Assembly (NCBI GenBank): GCA_964634705.1
Contig: CAZWKG010000001.1
Location: forward strand, 1 to 36,242
Reading direction: 5' to 3'
DNA from: an uncultured Candidatus Bathyarchaeia archaeon
GTDB taxonomy: Archaea; Thermoproteota; Bathyarchaeia; TCS64
DNA length: 36,242 bases
Shown here: positions 6,946 through 16,785 of the stretch, piece after piece
Layout: each line of letters begins with the position of its first letter
Position numbering within the stretch: position 1 is the first letter of the stretch
The notes under the pieces: generated by a model
The model's input: the letters and a program-made list of their open reading frames with translations, nothing else
Told to the model about the DNA's origin: nothing
Database searches by the model: none
Program-made: the position numbers and the translations under genes

Positions 6946-7437
6946 TCACGTTTTCTCCGCAATGGGGGCGGCCATTACCCAAGCGTCTTCCCCGTTCATA
7001 TAGTAGCTGGGGTTACGTTTCGCCTTAACGAATCCGAGCTTATCGTAGAGCCGAATGGCTGGCTCGTTGCTCACCCTCACCTCAAGGAAGCACTCTGTTG
7101 TGTTGTACTCTTTGCGGGCGCTCCTCATCGCCTCCACCATAAGCCCCGTCGCGATACCCCGCCTTCTGTAAGGCTCCCGCACGGCGATGGAGACTACGTG
7201 GCAGAGACGGGTGGGCCGGAGGCTGCGAAGCTTCGAGAAGCCGCGTTCGATGCGGCACATGATGTACCCATGGACTGCACCGTTCACCTCCGCCACCAGG
7301 AAAGTCTTGGGGAACCGCCAGTAGAGGTCGCGGTAGAAGTAGGAGCTGTAGTTCTCGGGGAGGCACTCGACATTGATCTCCATCACACTGTTCAGGTCGT
7401 CGGACCTGAACCCCCTGATGCTGAATTCAGAGCCCAA
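6946..7437 (-). CDS. GNAT N-acetyltransferase (RimI / archaeal Ard1-like protein N-terminal acetyltransferase)
   Basis: 163 aa. It carries VVSIAVREPYRRRGIATGLM (the R-x-x-G-x-A acetyl-CoA motif) and FLEVRVSNEPAIRLYDKLGF. Confidence 0.85.
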   Translation of the reverse strand: MGSEFSIRGFRSDDLNSVMEINVECLPENYSSYFYRDLYWRFPKTFLVAEVNGAVHGYIMCRIERGFSKLRSLRPTRLCHVVSIAVREPYRRRGIATGLMVEAMRSARKEYNTTECFLEVRVSNEPAIRLYDKLGFVKAKRNPSYYMNGEDAWVMAAPIAEKT

Positions 7438-7564
7438 CCTTTAACGCCCTTTTTCATCTTTTCAACGGAGATTTAAATACATCGTTTACGCGCTTCAAGC
7501 TCAGGTAGGTTTTTAGCTTTCGATGCCTTTATGAGATGAGTTCAAGATTTAGGATACCCGGAGG

Positions 7565-8698
7565 TTGAGTGGAGGAGGCTTGACTGCACATCACATAGCC
7601 GAACCAGCCGTCGAGCGAGTCATAGAGAGTCTGTTCCACGTCGAGGACAGGTACTTCGACATGGACATGCCAACATACATCGTCAAACCTAGAGGCGAGG
7701 GGAAACAGAAACGGTTGTTAAAGGAGAGGTTCAAGCAGCTAGTGCAGGAGCTGCGTCCCTTCGGCTACCTCCCGAGGCTGAGACGCGTCTTCGACAGCTA
7801 CTATATCTCTTTGATGAGGAAGCCGCCGGTTCCCCCCCAGAGGTATACGCGGAACATCATCCTCCTCGTGGCTACCGCGGGAACCGTCTATTTGGACGGT
7901 TTCCTGAGGAGCAACAACCCCATTCTCACAAGCGTATTGATGCCCGGTACTTCCGCCCTCGTAAACGCCCTTCTGTTCACCCTCGCCATCTTGGGGATCT
8001 TCGGCCTCCACGAGCTCGGCCATAAGGCTGTGACCGCCCTTGAGGGCATCGAGGCGTCAATGCCCTACTTCATCCCGGCGCCCCCTGGGATGGGGGGGAC
8101 CTTCGGCGCCGTCATCACTCAGAAGGAGCCCCCGACGAACCGTGACGCCCTCTTCGATCTCGGTATAAGCGGCCCCCTGGTCGGCTTCCTGGTCACGGTC
8201 CTTGTGACGATCATAGGCCTCAGGCTCTCCTTCATCGTGCCCGCCGAAGATGTGACGGGCTGGATGGCCAGGTTCCCCGGGGTGCGATTTCAATCGATAC
8301 CATTCCCAGTCCTCCTGGATTTCCTAGCCTCGGTGGTTAGGCCGACCCCTGAGGGGATGGTGATGCTACTGCACCCTGTCGGCTTCGCAGCGTGGGTCGG
8401 CTGCGTAGTCACCTTCATAAATCTCATCCCCTCTTGGCAGCTGGACGGCGGCCACATCACCCGGGCGTTGCTGGGCGAGACGAACCACAAGATCGTATCC
8501 GTCGCCGGCATCGTGTTGATGCTCGTCTCAGGCTACTTCATCATGGCGGTGATGCTCGCCTTCTTCATGATGCGTACCGGCGGTGAGTCGGGGGCTCCCC
8601 TCGACGATATCTCTTCTCTGAGCCTGTCGAGGAAGCTGCTCTCCCTCGTCTACCTGGCGATGATCATCCTGACCTTGGTCGCCCTCTTCCCCTTTTAG
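7565..8698 (+). CDS. M50-family site-2 metalloprotease (intramembrane)
   Basis: 377 aa and polytopic. It has HExxH (LHELGHKAV) and the NxxPxxxLDGGH motif (NLIPSWQLDGGHI). The track start is TTG, so the true start may lie downstream. Confidence 0.85.
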   Translation: MSGGGLTAHHIAEPAVERVIESLFHVEDRYFDMDMPTYIVKPRGEGKQKRLLKERFKQLVQELRPFGYLPRLRRVFDSYYISLMRKPPVPPQRYTRNIILLVATAGTVYLDGFLRSNNPILTSVLMPGTSALVNALLFTLAILGIFGLHELGHKAVTALEGIEASMPYFIPAPPGMGGTFGAVITQKEPPTNRDALFDLGISGPLVGFLVTVLVTIIGLRLSFIVPAEDVTGWMARFPGVRFQSIPFPVLLDFLASVVRPTPEGMVMLLHPVGFAAWVGCVVTFINLIPSWQLDGGHITRALLGETNHKIVSVAGIVLMLVSGYFIMAVMLAFFMMRTGGESGAPLDDISSLSLSRKLLSLVYLAMIILTLVALFPF

Positions 8699-9930
8699 GC
8701 GACCGGCAGGGTTGAGCAGCCATGCGTCACAACCAAGGTGCGCCTCCCTCGGCGTCCCTTAACCACCGATTTGAGGGCGTCGTTCGCCGTTCTTGCGATA
8801 GAGAAGCCGAGGGGCTCCGCGAGATATTCAGGTAGAGCCGATACCAGGAGGACCCTGTTCCTCTTGAGCGTTGACTTTATGAGGTGTACCGCCTCCCCGC
8901 CTAGGATGAACCTTCTTCTCAGCTCGCTTAGCATGTCGATGTGGGAGAGCTTCTCGAGGCCGTAGGCTCCCAGCCCCTCAGAGCACTCAGCGAGGAAGAT
9001 AATTGTAGACTCCTTCCTGGCGATCTGAGAGGCGCTGTGGAGCGCCCATACCCCATGATAGAGATCGAAGTCGAACTTTCTGCCGCCGGCGCTGACGACA
9101 ACGATGTCGGCGTTCGCTTCACCCTTCACCTTGAAGGAGTCTCCCAGCTCTGAGACCGCCCGCCTCCACGACTCCTCAAGCCCCCCCGAGTAGATCTTCA
9201 GAAGCCTTCCATGAGGGTTCTCGACTAGGTTGATGGCGAAATCAACCTTGGCAAGGCTCGCAGCCTCCAAAACATCAGCAAGAACAGGGTTCCCTTCAAA
9301 GATGCCGGGGGCGACTTTCTCCTCGAAGGCACGGCTCCTGTTAATCTCGATGGTCTCCAGCCCGGAGAGGGCCGGAAGGACCGTGCAGTGGGACCCCCTG
9401 AAACCCGTGAAGGGGTCGAGGAGCACAGTGCCGACGGCGATACGGACATCGGCGCCCGCGAAGTGGCCGTTGATCTCGACCTTTGTCCTTTTCGAGGTGG
9501 TTCCCACGTCGATGAGGTTCATAGAGCTGCGCGTGTGCTCGACGACTCTGATGCCTTTTAGGGCTTCATCGCCCTTGAGCGTCTCCAATAGATCTGGATC
9601 GCTCTGCTCCCGGCATCCATTCCCGATCACAACGACGACTTTTTCCATTGAAGCACCGGCTCGGTTGAGCTGCTCGCCGATGGATGAGACAGTTGCGGCG
9701 GCGAGGTGAGGGCTGATGATCCCGTCAAGGGCGATAGCGATCGATGTGCCGGGCTCCACCACATCGCTGAGGGGCTTCGCTCCGAGGGGATTCAGCAGGG
9801 ATTCTCGGATCACTTCGCTCGGGTTCGGTGCCGGCTGCCCCAGATCCGGCTCCGCCACTCCGAGTAGGTCTCGGATGGGGACGCTGAGGTGGACCTCAGT
9901 CTTCCCGTAGGGCAGCCAACACTCCACCAT
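8695..9930 (-). CDS. LarA-like / DUF2088 domain protein (non-canonical; probably not a classical lactate racemase)
   Basis: 411 aa. The N-terminus WLPYGKTEVHLSVP and the block GFRGSHCTVLPALSG align without gaps to my recollection of L. plantarum LarA GFSGGRKSVLPGIAS. The hallmark residues appear substituted (see findings). Confidence 0.7.
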   Translation of the reverse strand: MVECWLPYGKTEVHLSVPIRDLLGVAEPDLGQPAPNPSEVIRESLLNPLGAKPLSDVVEPGTSIAIALDGIISPHLAAATVSSIGEQLNRAGASMEKVVVVIGNGCREQSDPDLLETLKGDEALKGIRVVEHTRSSMNLIDVGTTSKRTKVEINGHFAGADVRIAVGTVLLDPFTGFRGSHCTVLPALSGLETIEINRSRAFEEKVAPGIFEGNPVLADVLEAASLAKVDFAINLVENPHGRLLKIYSGGLEESWRRAVSELGDSFKVKGEANADIVVVSAGGRKFDFDLYHGVWALHSASQIARKESTIIFLAECSEGLGAYGLEKLSHIDMLSELRRRFILGGEAVHLIKSTLKRNRVLLVSALPEYLAEPLGFSIARTANDALKSVVKGRRGRRTLVVTHGCSTLPVA

Positions 9931-10038
9931 GGTTCTCGATCACTTAGATTTAAACAGGTTTATTTCAATTATCCTCCGGAGAGCTGGCGTTAACCCCCAG
10001 CAATCTGCTTGATCCAAGCCTTCTAGGCATAGGTCTGA

Positions 10039-10836
10039 CTAGCCTTTGGGGAGCCTCTCCTCGCAGAGCGTCATCAAGAGGTTGGCGACCCTGTTAACCC
10101 GTTCCTCGACCTCGATTTGGGACTGGCCCCTGGCGGAGACCCAGAGCCTGATGCCCGACTCACCATAGGGCTTGACCATGGATTTGATGTAGACGTCGGA
10201 GACATCCTCCATAACCTCGTCGATGATGGGTGCAAGGGTCGACTCGTCTCTGAGAGGCAGGAAGATAATCTTCTCCGCGAAGGCTCCCTCCACCCTCTTC
10301 TTCAGAAGAGCCAACAGCTGATTGTCGAAGATCCACATCAGCTCCCCTGGCACGCCTGGTAGGCAGACAATCTGCGCCCCTTCGATGTCCAGCAGCACAC
10401 CGGGTGCGCCGCCAACCCTGTTGTCCAGAGGCCTAGCCCCCCGTGGCATGACGGCCATCTTCCTCCTGGCCTCCGTAATCTCAGCCGTCTCGATGATGCC
10501 CTGCTCATGGAGGTCGCTGTATTGTCTAGTAACGATGCTAAAAGCCTCCTCGTTCAACTCTAGAGGGAGACCGAAGGCCTCGGCTACGCCGCTAAGGGTC
10601 TTGTCGTCGTGGGTCGGCCCCAGGCCGCCTGTGGTGAAGACGAGGTTGCAGCCGTCGGCTACGAGCCTCCTAAGAGCCTTAGCGATCTCGGTGATTTCGT
10701 CCCTCACCGTCATCTTCTCCTTGACGTGCAGGTTAAGCGCCTTAAGCTGGTTTATGATCCACTGGCTGTTCGTGTCCAGCACTATGCCGTCGAGGATTTC
10801 GTTCCCCACTATTAGCATGCCGATCTGGGTCGTCAA
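10039..10836 (-). CDS. CinA-like molybdopterin-binding (MoCF_biosynth) domain protein, COG1058 type, without a PncC domain
   Basis: 265 aa. It has IGMLIVGNEILDGIVLDTNSQWI and the hallmark VFTTGGLGPTHDDKT. Confidence 0.85.
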   Translation of the reverse strand: MTTQIGMLIVGNEILDGIVLDTNSQWIINQLKALNLHVKEKMTVRDEITEIAKALRRLVADGCNLVFTTGGLGPTHDDKTLSGVAEAFGLPLELNEEAFSIVTRQYSDLHEQGIIETAEITEARRKMAVMPRGARPLDNRVGGAPGVLLDIEGAQIVCLPGVPGELMWIFDNQLLALLKKRVEGAFAEKIIFLPLRDESTLAPIIDEVMEDVSDVYIKSMVKPYGESGIRLWVSARGQSQIEVEERVNRVANLLMTLCEERLPKG

Positions 10837-10977
10837 GGGGCTACCAACTCTATATATTTCGTCTTAACCCCACAAAACATTTACTAACCTGAAGGTGCGG
10901 CGGCGTTCCTATATCATCGGCTTGGCAAGGCTTAAATTTAATAAGGCGTTGTTGAAAGCGTTTCAGGTCGGATTTGT
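10837..10977. promoter_or_regulatory. divergent promoter region (cinA-like <-> purA) with two TATA-like boxes
   Basis: The box ctatatattt lies at 10849-10858, about 13-22 nt from the minus-strand start at 10836. That spacing suggests a leaderless mRNA or use of Met7. The box ttaaatttaataa lies at 10932-10944, about 35-45 nt upstream of purA ATG 10978. Confidence 0.4.
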
Positions 10978-11976
10978 ATGGTTTGCACCGTCGTCGTCGA
11001 CGGGTTCTTCGGAGACACGGGGAAGGGGAAGATCGTCTCATACCTCGCCGTCGCTGATGATGTAGGCGTGTGCGCGAGGGCCGGGGTGGGGCCGAATGCA
11101 GGCCACACCGTGGTCAAGGAAGGGAGGACCTACAAGCTCAGGATGGTCCCCAGCGCCTTCGTTAACCCCAAGACTAGGCTGCTCATTGGGCCGGGAGTCG
11201 TCGTCAACCCTGAGATTGTCCTCAAGGAGGTCGAGGAACTTGGAGTTGAAGACAGGTTCGGCTTGGACCCCCAATGTGCCGTCATAGAGCTCAGCCACAT
11301 CAAGCTCGACAGGAGGGGGTACCTAAAGACAGAGATACAGACCACTGGGACAGGGACCGGCCCATGCAACGCCGACAGGGCGATGAGGAAGGCGAGGATG
11401 GCGAGGGATGTCCCCGAGCTGAGGCGGTTCATGGTAGACGTCCCAGAAGAGGCGAACAGGGCCCTCGACGAGGGCATGGTCGTCATCGTTGAGGGGACCC
11501 AGGGAACATACATCAGCCTATACCATGGCACGTATCCATACGTTACTTCGAAGGATGTCTGCGCCTCGGCCGCCTGCTCCGACGTCGGCATCGGCCCCAC
11601 GAGGGTCGATGAGGTGGTGCTCGTCTTCAAGGCCTACGTCACGAGGGTGGGGGCCGGCGACCTCCCCGGCGAGATAGACTTGGAGGAGGCAAAGAGGCGG
11701 GGCTGGGACGAATACGGGACGGTGACGGGGAGGCAGAGGAGGGCTGCGCCTTTCAACTTAGAGCTGGCGAAGAGGGCTGCGATGATCAACGGGGCGACCC
11801 AGATAGCGGTGACAAAGCTCGACGTCCTCTACCCCGATTGCAAGAGCCTCACCGAGTTTGAGGAGCTGAGCCCCGAGGCGGGGGGCTTCGTGAAAAGGAT
11901 CGAGGACGAGCTCCGCCTACCTGTAACGCTCATAGGGACAGGGCCGAGTCTCGAGGAGATCGTTGACAGGCGTTAG
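10978..11976 (+). CDS. purA: adenylosuccinate synthetase, short archaeal form
   Basis: 332 aa. It has the GDTGKGK P-loop, GPNAGHTV, VIVEGTQG, TGRQRR and VTKLDV. Confidence 0.9.
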   Translation: MVCTVVVDGFFGDTGKGKIVSYLAVADDVGVCARAGVGPNAGHTVVKEGRTYKLRMVPSAFVNPKTRLLIGPGVVVNPEIVLKEVEELGVEDRFGLDPQCAVIELSHIKLDRRGYLKTEIQTTGTGTGPCNADRAMRKARMARDVPELRRFMVDVPEEANRALDEGMVVIVEGTQGTYISLYHGTYPYVTSKDVCASAACSDVGIGPTRVDEVVLVFKAYVTRVGAGDLPGEIDLEEAKRRGWDEYGTVTGRQRRAAPFNLELAKRAAMINGATQIAVTKLDVLYPDCKSLTEFEELSPEAGGFVKRIEDELRLPVTLIGTGPSLEEIVDRR

Positions 11977-11979
11977 AGG

Positions 11980-13122
11980 CTACCGCCGCCACCAGGGGCG
12001 CTTACTGGATTCAGCCGTCCCAAACTCCTTGCCGAGCTCCTCTATCAGCTCACGTTGCCTCCGGGTCAGCTTCTCTGGGACCCGAACGTTGATGTGGACC
12101 AGCTGGTCTCCATGGCCAAACCTCCCTTTGATCCCCTTCCCTTTAAGCCTGAGGATGGTGCCGCTCTGCGTCCCCGGGGGCACACGGATGGTCGTCTCAC
12201 CCGTCAGGGTCGGGACCTCGATCTCGTCCCCGAGGGCCGCCTGGGCGAAGTTGACCTCGGCCTCGTAGATGATATCCATCCCCCGCCTGATGAGATATGG
12301 ATGAGGCTTGATCTCGACCGTGACATATAGGTCACCCGGGGGGCCACCATAAGGGCCATCCTCACCTTGCCCCCTCAGGGCCAGATAGGCGCCGTCCTCG
12401 ATGCCGAGCGGCACCTTAACATGAAGTCGCGTCCTCCTCTCCTCTAGGCCGGCTCCCTTGCATGTTCTGCAGGGCTTCTCGGCGACTTTACCTCTACCAT
12501 TACACCTGTCGCAAGGGACGACGCGGATCATCTGCGCGAAGACCGAGACGGTGCGGTGCTCAATCCGTCCTTTGCCATTGCATTTTGGACATGTCACCAC
12601 ACTGCTGCCGGGCTCGGCCCCCATGCCGCCGCATCTGCTACATCTCTGGAGCCTTGGCAGGGTGATCTCTACCTCGGTGCCGGAGGCGGCCTGCTCCAGC
12701 GTGATCTCTATCTGGGTCTCAAGGTCACGGCCTCTCCTGGGCCCTGTGCGGACCTGCTGGAAGTTGAAGCCTCCAAACCCGCCGAAGCCGCCCCTGAAGA
12801 AGCGGCTGAAGAGGTCTTCGAAGTTGAAGCCGAACTCAGAGAAGATGTCCCGGAACACGGTGCGGTTGAAGATGTCCTCCGCTGTGTAGCGGCCCCGGAT
12901 TCCGTCGAAGCCGAAGGCATCGTACTGGCGCCTCTTTTCGGGGTCGGAGAGGACGGCGTATGCCTCCGATATCTCCTTGAACTTATCCTCGGCGTCGGGG
13001 GCCTTGTTCCTGTCAGGGTGGTACTTGAAGGCGAGCTTCCGGAACGAGCGCTTGATCTCATCTTGGGATGCGGTTCGCTCGACGCCCAGGACATCGTAGT
13101 AGTCCCGTTTGCCCGCCACCAT
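11980..13122 (-). CDS. dnaJ: molecular chaperone DnaJ (type I Hsp40)
   Basis: 380 aa. It has a J domain (DYYDVLGV...KYHPDRN), a G/F-rich linker ([14 protein letters not shown]) and four CxxCxGxG zinc-finger repeats ([32 protein letters not shown]). An AGGAG element lies about 10 nt upstream of the ATG. Confidence 0.95.
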   Translation of the reverse strand: MVAGKRDYYDVLGVERTASQDEIKRSFRKLAFKYHPDRNKAPDAEDKFKEISEAYAVLSDPEKRRQYDAFGFDGIRGRYTAEDIFNRTVFRDIFSEFGFNFEDLFSRFFRGGFGGFGGFNFQQVRTGPRRGRDLETQIEITLEQAASGTEVEITLPRLQRCSRCGGMGAEPGSSVVTCPKCNGKGRIEHRTVSVFAQMIRVVPCDRCNGRGKVAEKPCRTCKGAGLEERRTRLHVKVPLGIEDGAYLALRGQGEDGPYGGPPGDLYVTVEIKPHPYLIRRGMDIIYEAEVNFAQAALGDEIEVPTLTGETTIRVPPGTQSGTILRLKGKGIKGRFGHGDQLVHINVRVPEKLTRRQRELIEELGKEFGTAESSKRPWWRR

Positions 13123-13297
13123 TAGTCACACTCCTAAAACAGCTTGAATTATTATTTGGGAGATTTGATCATCAGGGAAAGAGTCCTCAGAGCATGCCCA
13201 CATCAACCGCAGCACAAGAGAGATGGAAAAGCTACCCGAGTATAAAGTTTATGAGAAGATACTCTTGAAAGCCGAGGGCTGCTGGTCTGTATGATAT

Positions 13298-13342
13298 TAC
13301 CCTCTCTATCCCTGTGAGCTTGCCTTTAAAAATGAGAGGGTA
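13298..13342 (-). terminator. 9-bp inverted repeat with a T5 tract immediately downstream of the M28 peptidase stop (candidate terminator)
   Basis: taccctctc (13298-13306) pairs with gagagggta (13334-13342) around a 27-nt loop. On the minus strand the loop contains ATTTTTAAAG. The peptidase stop codon is at 13351..13349. Confidence 0.3.
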
Positions 13343-13348
13343 GGGAGA

Positions 13349-14761
13349 CTATCTGACGCTGTGGGGGTGCCACATTTTTTGGACTTCTAGGGTCTTCTTC
13401 ATCCCCGTCTCTTCGAGGTTTTTTATGATCTCGTCGAGGGGGGTGTGCTCTGCAATCCTATCCTCTTGGTTCGCCAACCTAAGCATCAGCCTGGCCAGCA
13501 CCATCTCGCCCTCCTGCAGGTTTCGGGGGTCCACCTTGTCCATTGTGTCAGCCGATGTGTGGCCCCACCCCCTGCCGACGATGAGGCTCTGAGGAGAGGG
13601 CTCAGCACCGCAATAGATGGTCGGCACACCCTGCATGTAGAAGGGCCAGTGATCGGAGGCGGCGGATGTCTCCCTTGAGATGATCAAGGGGTATCCGATC
13701 TCCTCGCTGAAGGACTTCAGCATCTCCTTTAACTCCGGCGGCTGGTAGACGATGAAGGCCGGGTGCTTGGTGCCGTCCTTATGGGCGAGGCCGCCGAGTT
13801 CTACGTTTATCACGATGGCGACGTCCTTCATCTCACTCTGGTGCTTATCCACATAGCAGGTCGAACCGGTTACGCCTATCTCCTCACAGGCGAAGCAGAT
13901 GAACCGTATGCTCCGCCTGAACTCACCCTCATATTTCTTGAAGACCTTCGCCAGATCCATGGTGACGGCGGTTGCCGAGAGGTTGTCCATGGCTCCTTGG
14001 GCGATGTCGTGGCCGTCGAAGTGGCCACCGACCACGATCCATTCGTCCTTCTTCGAGGTTCCTGGGAGTTCGGCGACGATGTTGGCGGAGACTGAGTCCG
14101 GGATGACCTTGCTCTCATCTAGGAGTCTGACCTTGAGCTGCTTGTCCTTGGCGAGTCGGAGCATCAACGACCCTGTCTCTAAGCTGACGCCGATGCCGGG
14201 GATCTCGCCTCCCATTTTGTATGCGGGTCTGAGGCTTCCCGTCGGGGGGAGTTGGCCTGGGTTATGGTTCATGAAGATGAATCCGATGGCGCCGTAGTCT
14301 ACGGCGTAACCGTATTTCGTCCGTCGGTGGACGCGATTTCCCGAAGGGCTCGTCGCACTGGAGCAGAGGACGATCTTGCCCTTGACGGTCTCAGGGTCAA
14401 TAGCCTCGAACTCTTCGGGGCTGCCAGTGCCGAGGTTGATGACTTCGCCCTCGACTTCGCCTCCAGGGGACATGGCGAGGGATATGGCATGGAACTCCCG
14501 TTTGATGGGCTCGATCATCTCCAGGGTTACGGGGCCGCGCTTCCATCCGTAGTAGGTGAACTCGTCCGCGTGAGCGTTCTCGTAGCCGTACTCCTTGAGC
14601 TTCTCCACCATGAACTCCTGGGCCTTCTTCTCGCTCTCGGTTCCAGCGAATCTGCTGCCGAGCTCATCGGCCATGTAGAGCATGTTCCCGTATATCTCGC
14701 TGTTCTGCCAGACGTCGCCTATGATATCGCGCTCAATTTCAAGGAGCTTCTCGTCCAACAC
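13349..14761 (-). CDS. M28-family aminopeptidase with an inserted PA (protease-associated) domain; no signal peptide
   Basis: 470 aa with a GTG start. M28 metal-ligand blocks are GGHFDGHDIAQGAMDNLSATAV, FACEEIGVTGS, INVELGG and SDHWPF. A PA-like segment is VKGKIVLCSS. The N-terminus is hydrophilic. Confidence 0.85.
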   Translation of the reverse strand: MLDEKLLEIERDIIGDVWQNSEIYGNMLYMADELGSRFAGTESEKKAQEFMVEKLKEYGYENAHADEFTYYGWKRGPVTLEMIEPIKREFHAISLAMSPGGEVEGEVINLGTGSPEEFEAIDPETVKGKIVLCSSATSPSGNRVHRRTKYGYAVDYGAIGFIFMNHNPGQLPPTGSLRPAYKMGGEIPGIGVSLETGSLMLRLAKDKQLKVRLLDESKVIPDSVSANIVAELPGTSKKDEWIVVGGHFDGHDIAQGAMDNLSATAVTMDLAKVFKKYEGEFRRSIRFICFACEEIGVTGSTCYVDKHQSEMKDVAIVINVELGGLAHKDGTKHPAFIVYQPPELKEMLKSFSEEIGYPLIISRETSAASDHWPFYMQGVPTIYCGAEPSPQSLIVGRGWGHTSADTMDKVDPRNLQEGEMVLARLMLRLANQEDRIAEHTPLDEIIKNLEETGMKKTLEVQKMWHPHSVR

Positions 14762-14877
14762 GGGATCTGAGGTTATCCCTATATTTTCTTTTAAACATTA
14801 CGGAAACGGAAAGCGTATTGAGAGGTAAAAGTTGGTAAATGGTGGGACTCGGGCATAAGTTTAGGAGTTGATAAAAA
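14762..14877 (-). promoter_or_regulatory. dnaK-peptidase intergenic region: oligo-T tract after the dnaK stop, plus a TATA-like box for the peptidase
   Basis: On the minus strand the sequence reads TAA-TTTTT (plus-strand A5 at 14873-14877) directly after the dnaK stop. A tatatttt box at 14780-14787 lies about 20-26 nt upstream of GTG 14761, which is leaderless-type spacing. Confidence 0.35.
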
Positions 14878-16785
14878 TTACTTGCCCTTTTTCTCCTCTT
14901 CATCGACAACTTTGTATTCGGCGTCGACGGTCTTCTTCCTATCCTTCTCTTCCTCTGGGGGCGGTGCCTGCTGAGAGGCCTGCCGCTGGGCTTGCTCGGC
15001 TGCAGCCTGCTGGTAGACGGCGGCGCCTGCCTCCTGTACTACCTTCTTCAGTTCCTCGATCTTAGTGTTGATCTCAGCGGTGCCGCCGGTCTTCAACGCC
15101 TCCTTCAGCGCCTCTACGCCCTTCTGGATCCGGTCCTTCTGGTCTTCGGTGAGCTTGTCGCCGATCTCGGTGAGGGTCTTCTCCGTCGTATAGATGAGGG
15201 AGTCAGCAATGTTCCGGGCCTCAGCCTCCTCCCTAGCGCGCCTGTCCTGCTCCGCGAACTGCTCCGCCTCTCTCACCATCCGGTCCTTCTCATTCTGGGT
15301 CAGCTTCGTCGACGCCGTTATCGTGATCCCCATCTCCTTCCCCGTGCCCAGGTCCTTAGCCTGGACGTTGAGGACGCCGTCGGCGTTGATGTCGAAGGTG
15401 ACCTCGATCTGGGGGACGCCCCTAGGCGCCGGCGGGATACCGGTGAGGTCGAATCGGCCTAGGCTGATGTTGTCCCTAGCCATAGCCCTCTCACCTTGTA
15501 GGACGTGGATGGTGACGGCGGTCTGGAAGTCTGCGGCCGTCGTGAAGATCTGGCTCTGCTTCGTGGGGATGGTTGTGTTCCGCTCCAGAACCCTTGTGAA
15601 GACTCCGCCCAGGGTCTCAACCCCAAGTGAGAGAGGCGTCACGTCTAGGAGCACTATGTCGGAGATCTCGCCGGCGAGGACAGCCCCTTGGATTGCCGCG
15701 CCGATGGCGACGCACTCCATAGGGTCGACGCCGCGCTCCGGCTTCTTCCCCATGACATCCTCGATGAACCGCTGGACCATCGGCATCTTCGTCTGACCGC
15801 CGATGAGGATGATCTTGTCGATCCCAGTGGGCGTAAGCTTCGCGTCCCTCAAAGTCCTCAGGACGGGCTCCCTGATGCGCTCGACGATGGGCCGGGTCAG
15901 CTGCTCCAGCTTCGACCGGGTCAGCGTCACGTGGAGGTGCTTCGGCCCGCTGGGGTCCGAGGCGATGTAGGGGAGGTCGATGTCCGTCGTCAGCAGGTTC
16001 GAAAGTTCGATCTTGGCCCGCTCGGCCGCCTCCTTCAGCCGGGCCCTCGCCCTCACATCGCCACTGAGGTCGATACCCGTCTCGCGCCTGAACTCCTCGA
16101 TCAGATAATCCATAACCGCCTGGTCTAAGTCGGTGCCCCCAGTTTTTGTGTCGCCGCTCGTGGCCAGAACCTCGAAGACGCCTCCGCCGAAGTCCATCAC
16201 CGTTGTGTCGTTGGTTCCGCCGCCGAAGCTGAAGACCAGTATCTTCAGCTCCTGCTCAGTTTTGTCGATGCCGTAGGCGAGGGACGCCGCCGTCGGCTCG
16301 TTGACGATCCGGGTAACATCTAGGCCGGCGATCTCTCCGGCGTCGATGGTCGCCTGCCGCTGGTTGTCGTTGAAGTGGGCGGGGACCGTGATGACGGCCT
16401 TCTTTATCTTCTCGCCGAGATAGGTCTCAGCGTCGCGCAGAATCTTCTGCAGAATGAAGGCTGAGATCTGCTGGGGCGTATAATCCTTCCCGTACACCTC
16501 GACCTTGTAGTCAGTGCCCATCTGCCGCTTGATCTCCCTGATCGTCCCCTCCGGGTTGGTCACCAGCTGCCTCCTAGCGGGCTCGCCGACAAGCAGCTGC
16601 CCATCCTTTGTTAAGGCAACGACGGAGGGGAACATCTTCCCCGCCACGGTCGGCCCCTCGGCGCTCGGAATCACGGTCGTCTGCCCGCCCATCATAACGG
16701 CAGCGGCCGAGTTCGTCGTGCCGAGGTCGATGCCCAGAATCTTCTCTCTCTTCCCTTCTTTCTTCTCCTCGCTATTCATCTTCAT
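14878..16785 (-). CDS. dnaK: molecular chaperone DnaK (Hsp70), divergent in the phosphate-2 and adenosine motifs
   Basis: 635 aa. It has [43 protein letters not shown] and [14 protein letters not shown]. However, it reads [10 protein letters not shown] where the usual motif is YDLGGGTFD. The start overlaps the grpE stop by 14 nt. Confidence 0.95.
   Translation of the reverse strand: MKMNSEEKKEGKREKILGIDLGTTNSAAAVMMGGQTTVIPSAEGPTVAGKMFPSVVALTKDGQLLVGEPARRQLVTNPEGTIREIKRQMGTDYKVEVYGKDYTPQQISAFILQKILRDAETYLGEKIKKAVITVPAHFNDNQRQATIDAGEIAGLDVTRIVNEPTAASLAYGIDKTEQELKILVFSFGGGTNDTTVMDFGGGVFEVLATSGDTKTGGTDLDQAVMDYLIEEFRRETGIDLSGDVRARARLKEAAERAKIELSNLLTTDIDLPYIASDPSGPKHLHVTLTRSKLEQLTRPIVERIREPVLRTLRDAKLTPTGIDKIILIGGQTKMPMVQRFIEDVMGKKPERGVDPMECVAIGAAIQGAVLAGEISDIVLLDVTPLSLGVETLGGVFTRVLERNTTIPTKQSQIFTTAADFQTAVTIHVLQGERAMARDNISLGRFDLTGIPPAPRGVPQIEVTFDINADGVLNVQAKDLGTGKEMGITITASTKLTQNEKDRMVREAEQFAEQDRRAREEAEARNIADSLIYTTEKTLTEIGDKLTEDQKDRIQKGVEALKEALKTGGTAEINTKIEELKKVVQEAGAAVYQQAAAEQAQRQASQQAPPPEEEKDRKKTVDAEYKVVDEEEKKGK

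Noticed and set aside
10850-11041. 63-aa minus-strand ORF spanning the cinA-purA divergent promoter; also the similar intergenic-edge ORFs 13068..13268 (+) and 27193..27420 (+).
   Set aside because: They overlap promoter regions and the starts of well-supported genes. They are Arg/Ser/Pro-rich and lack motifs.
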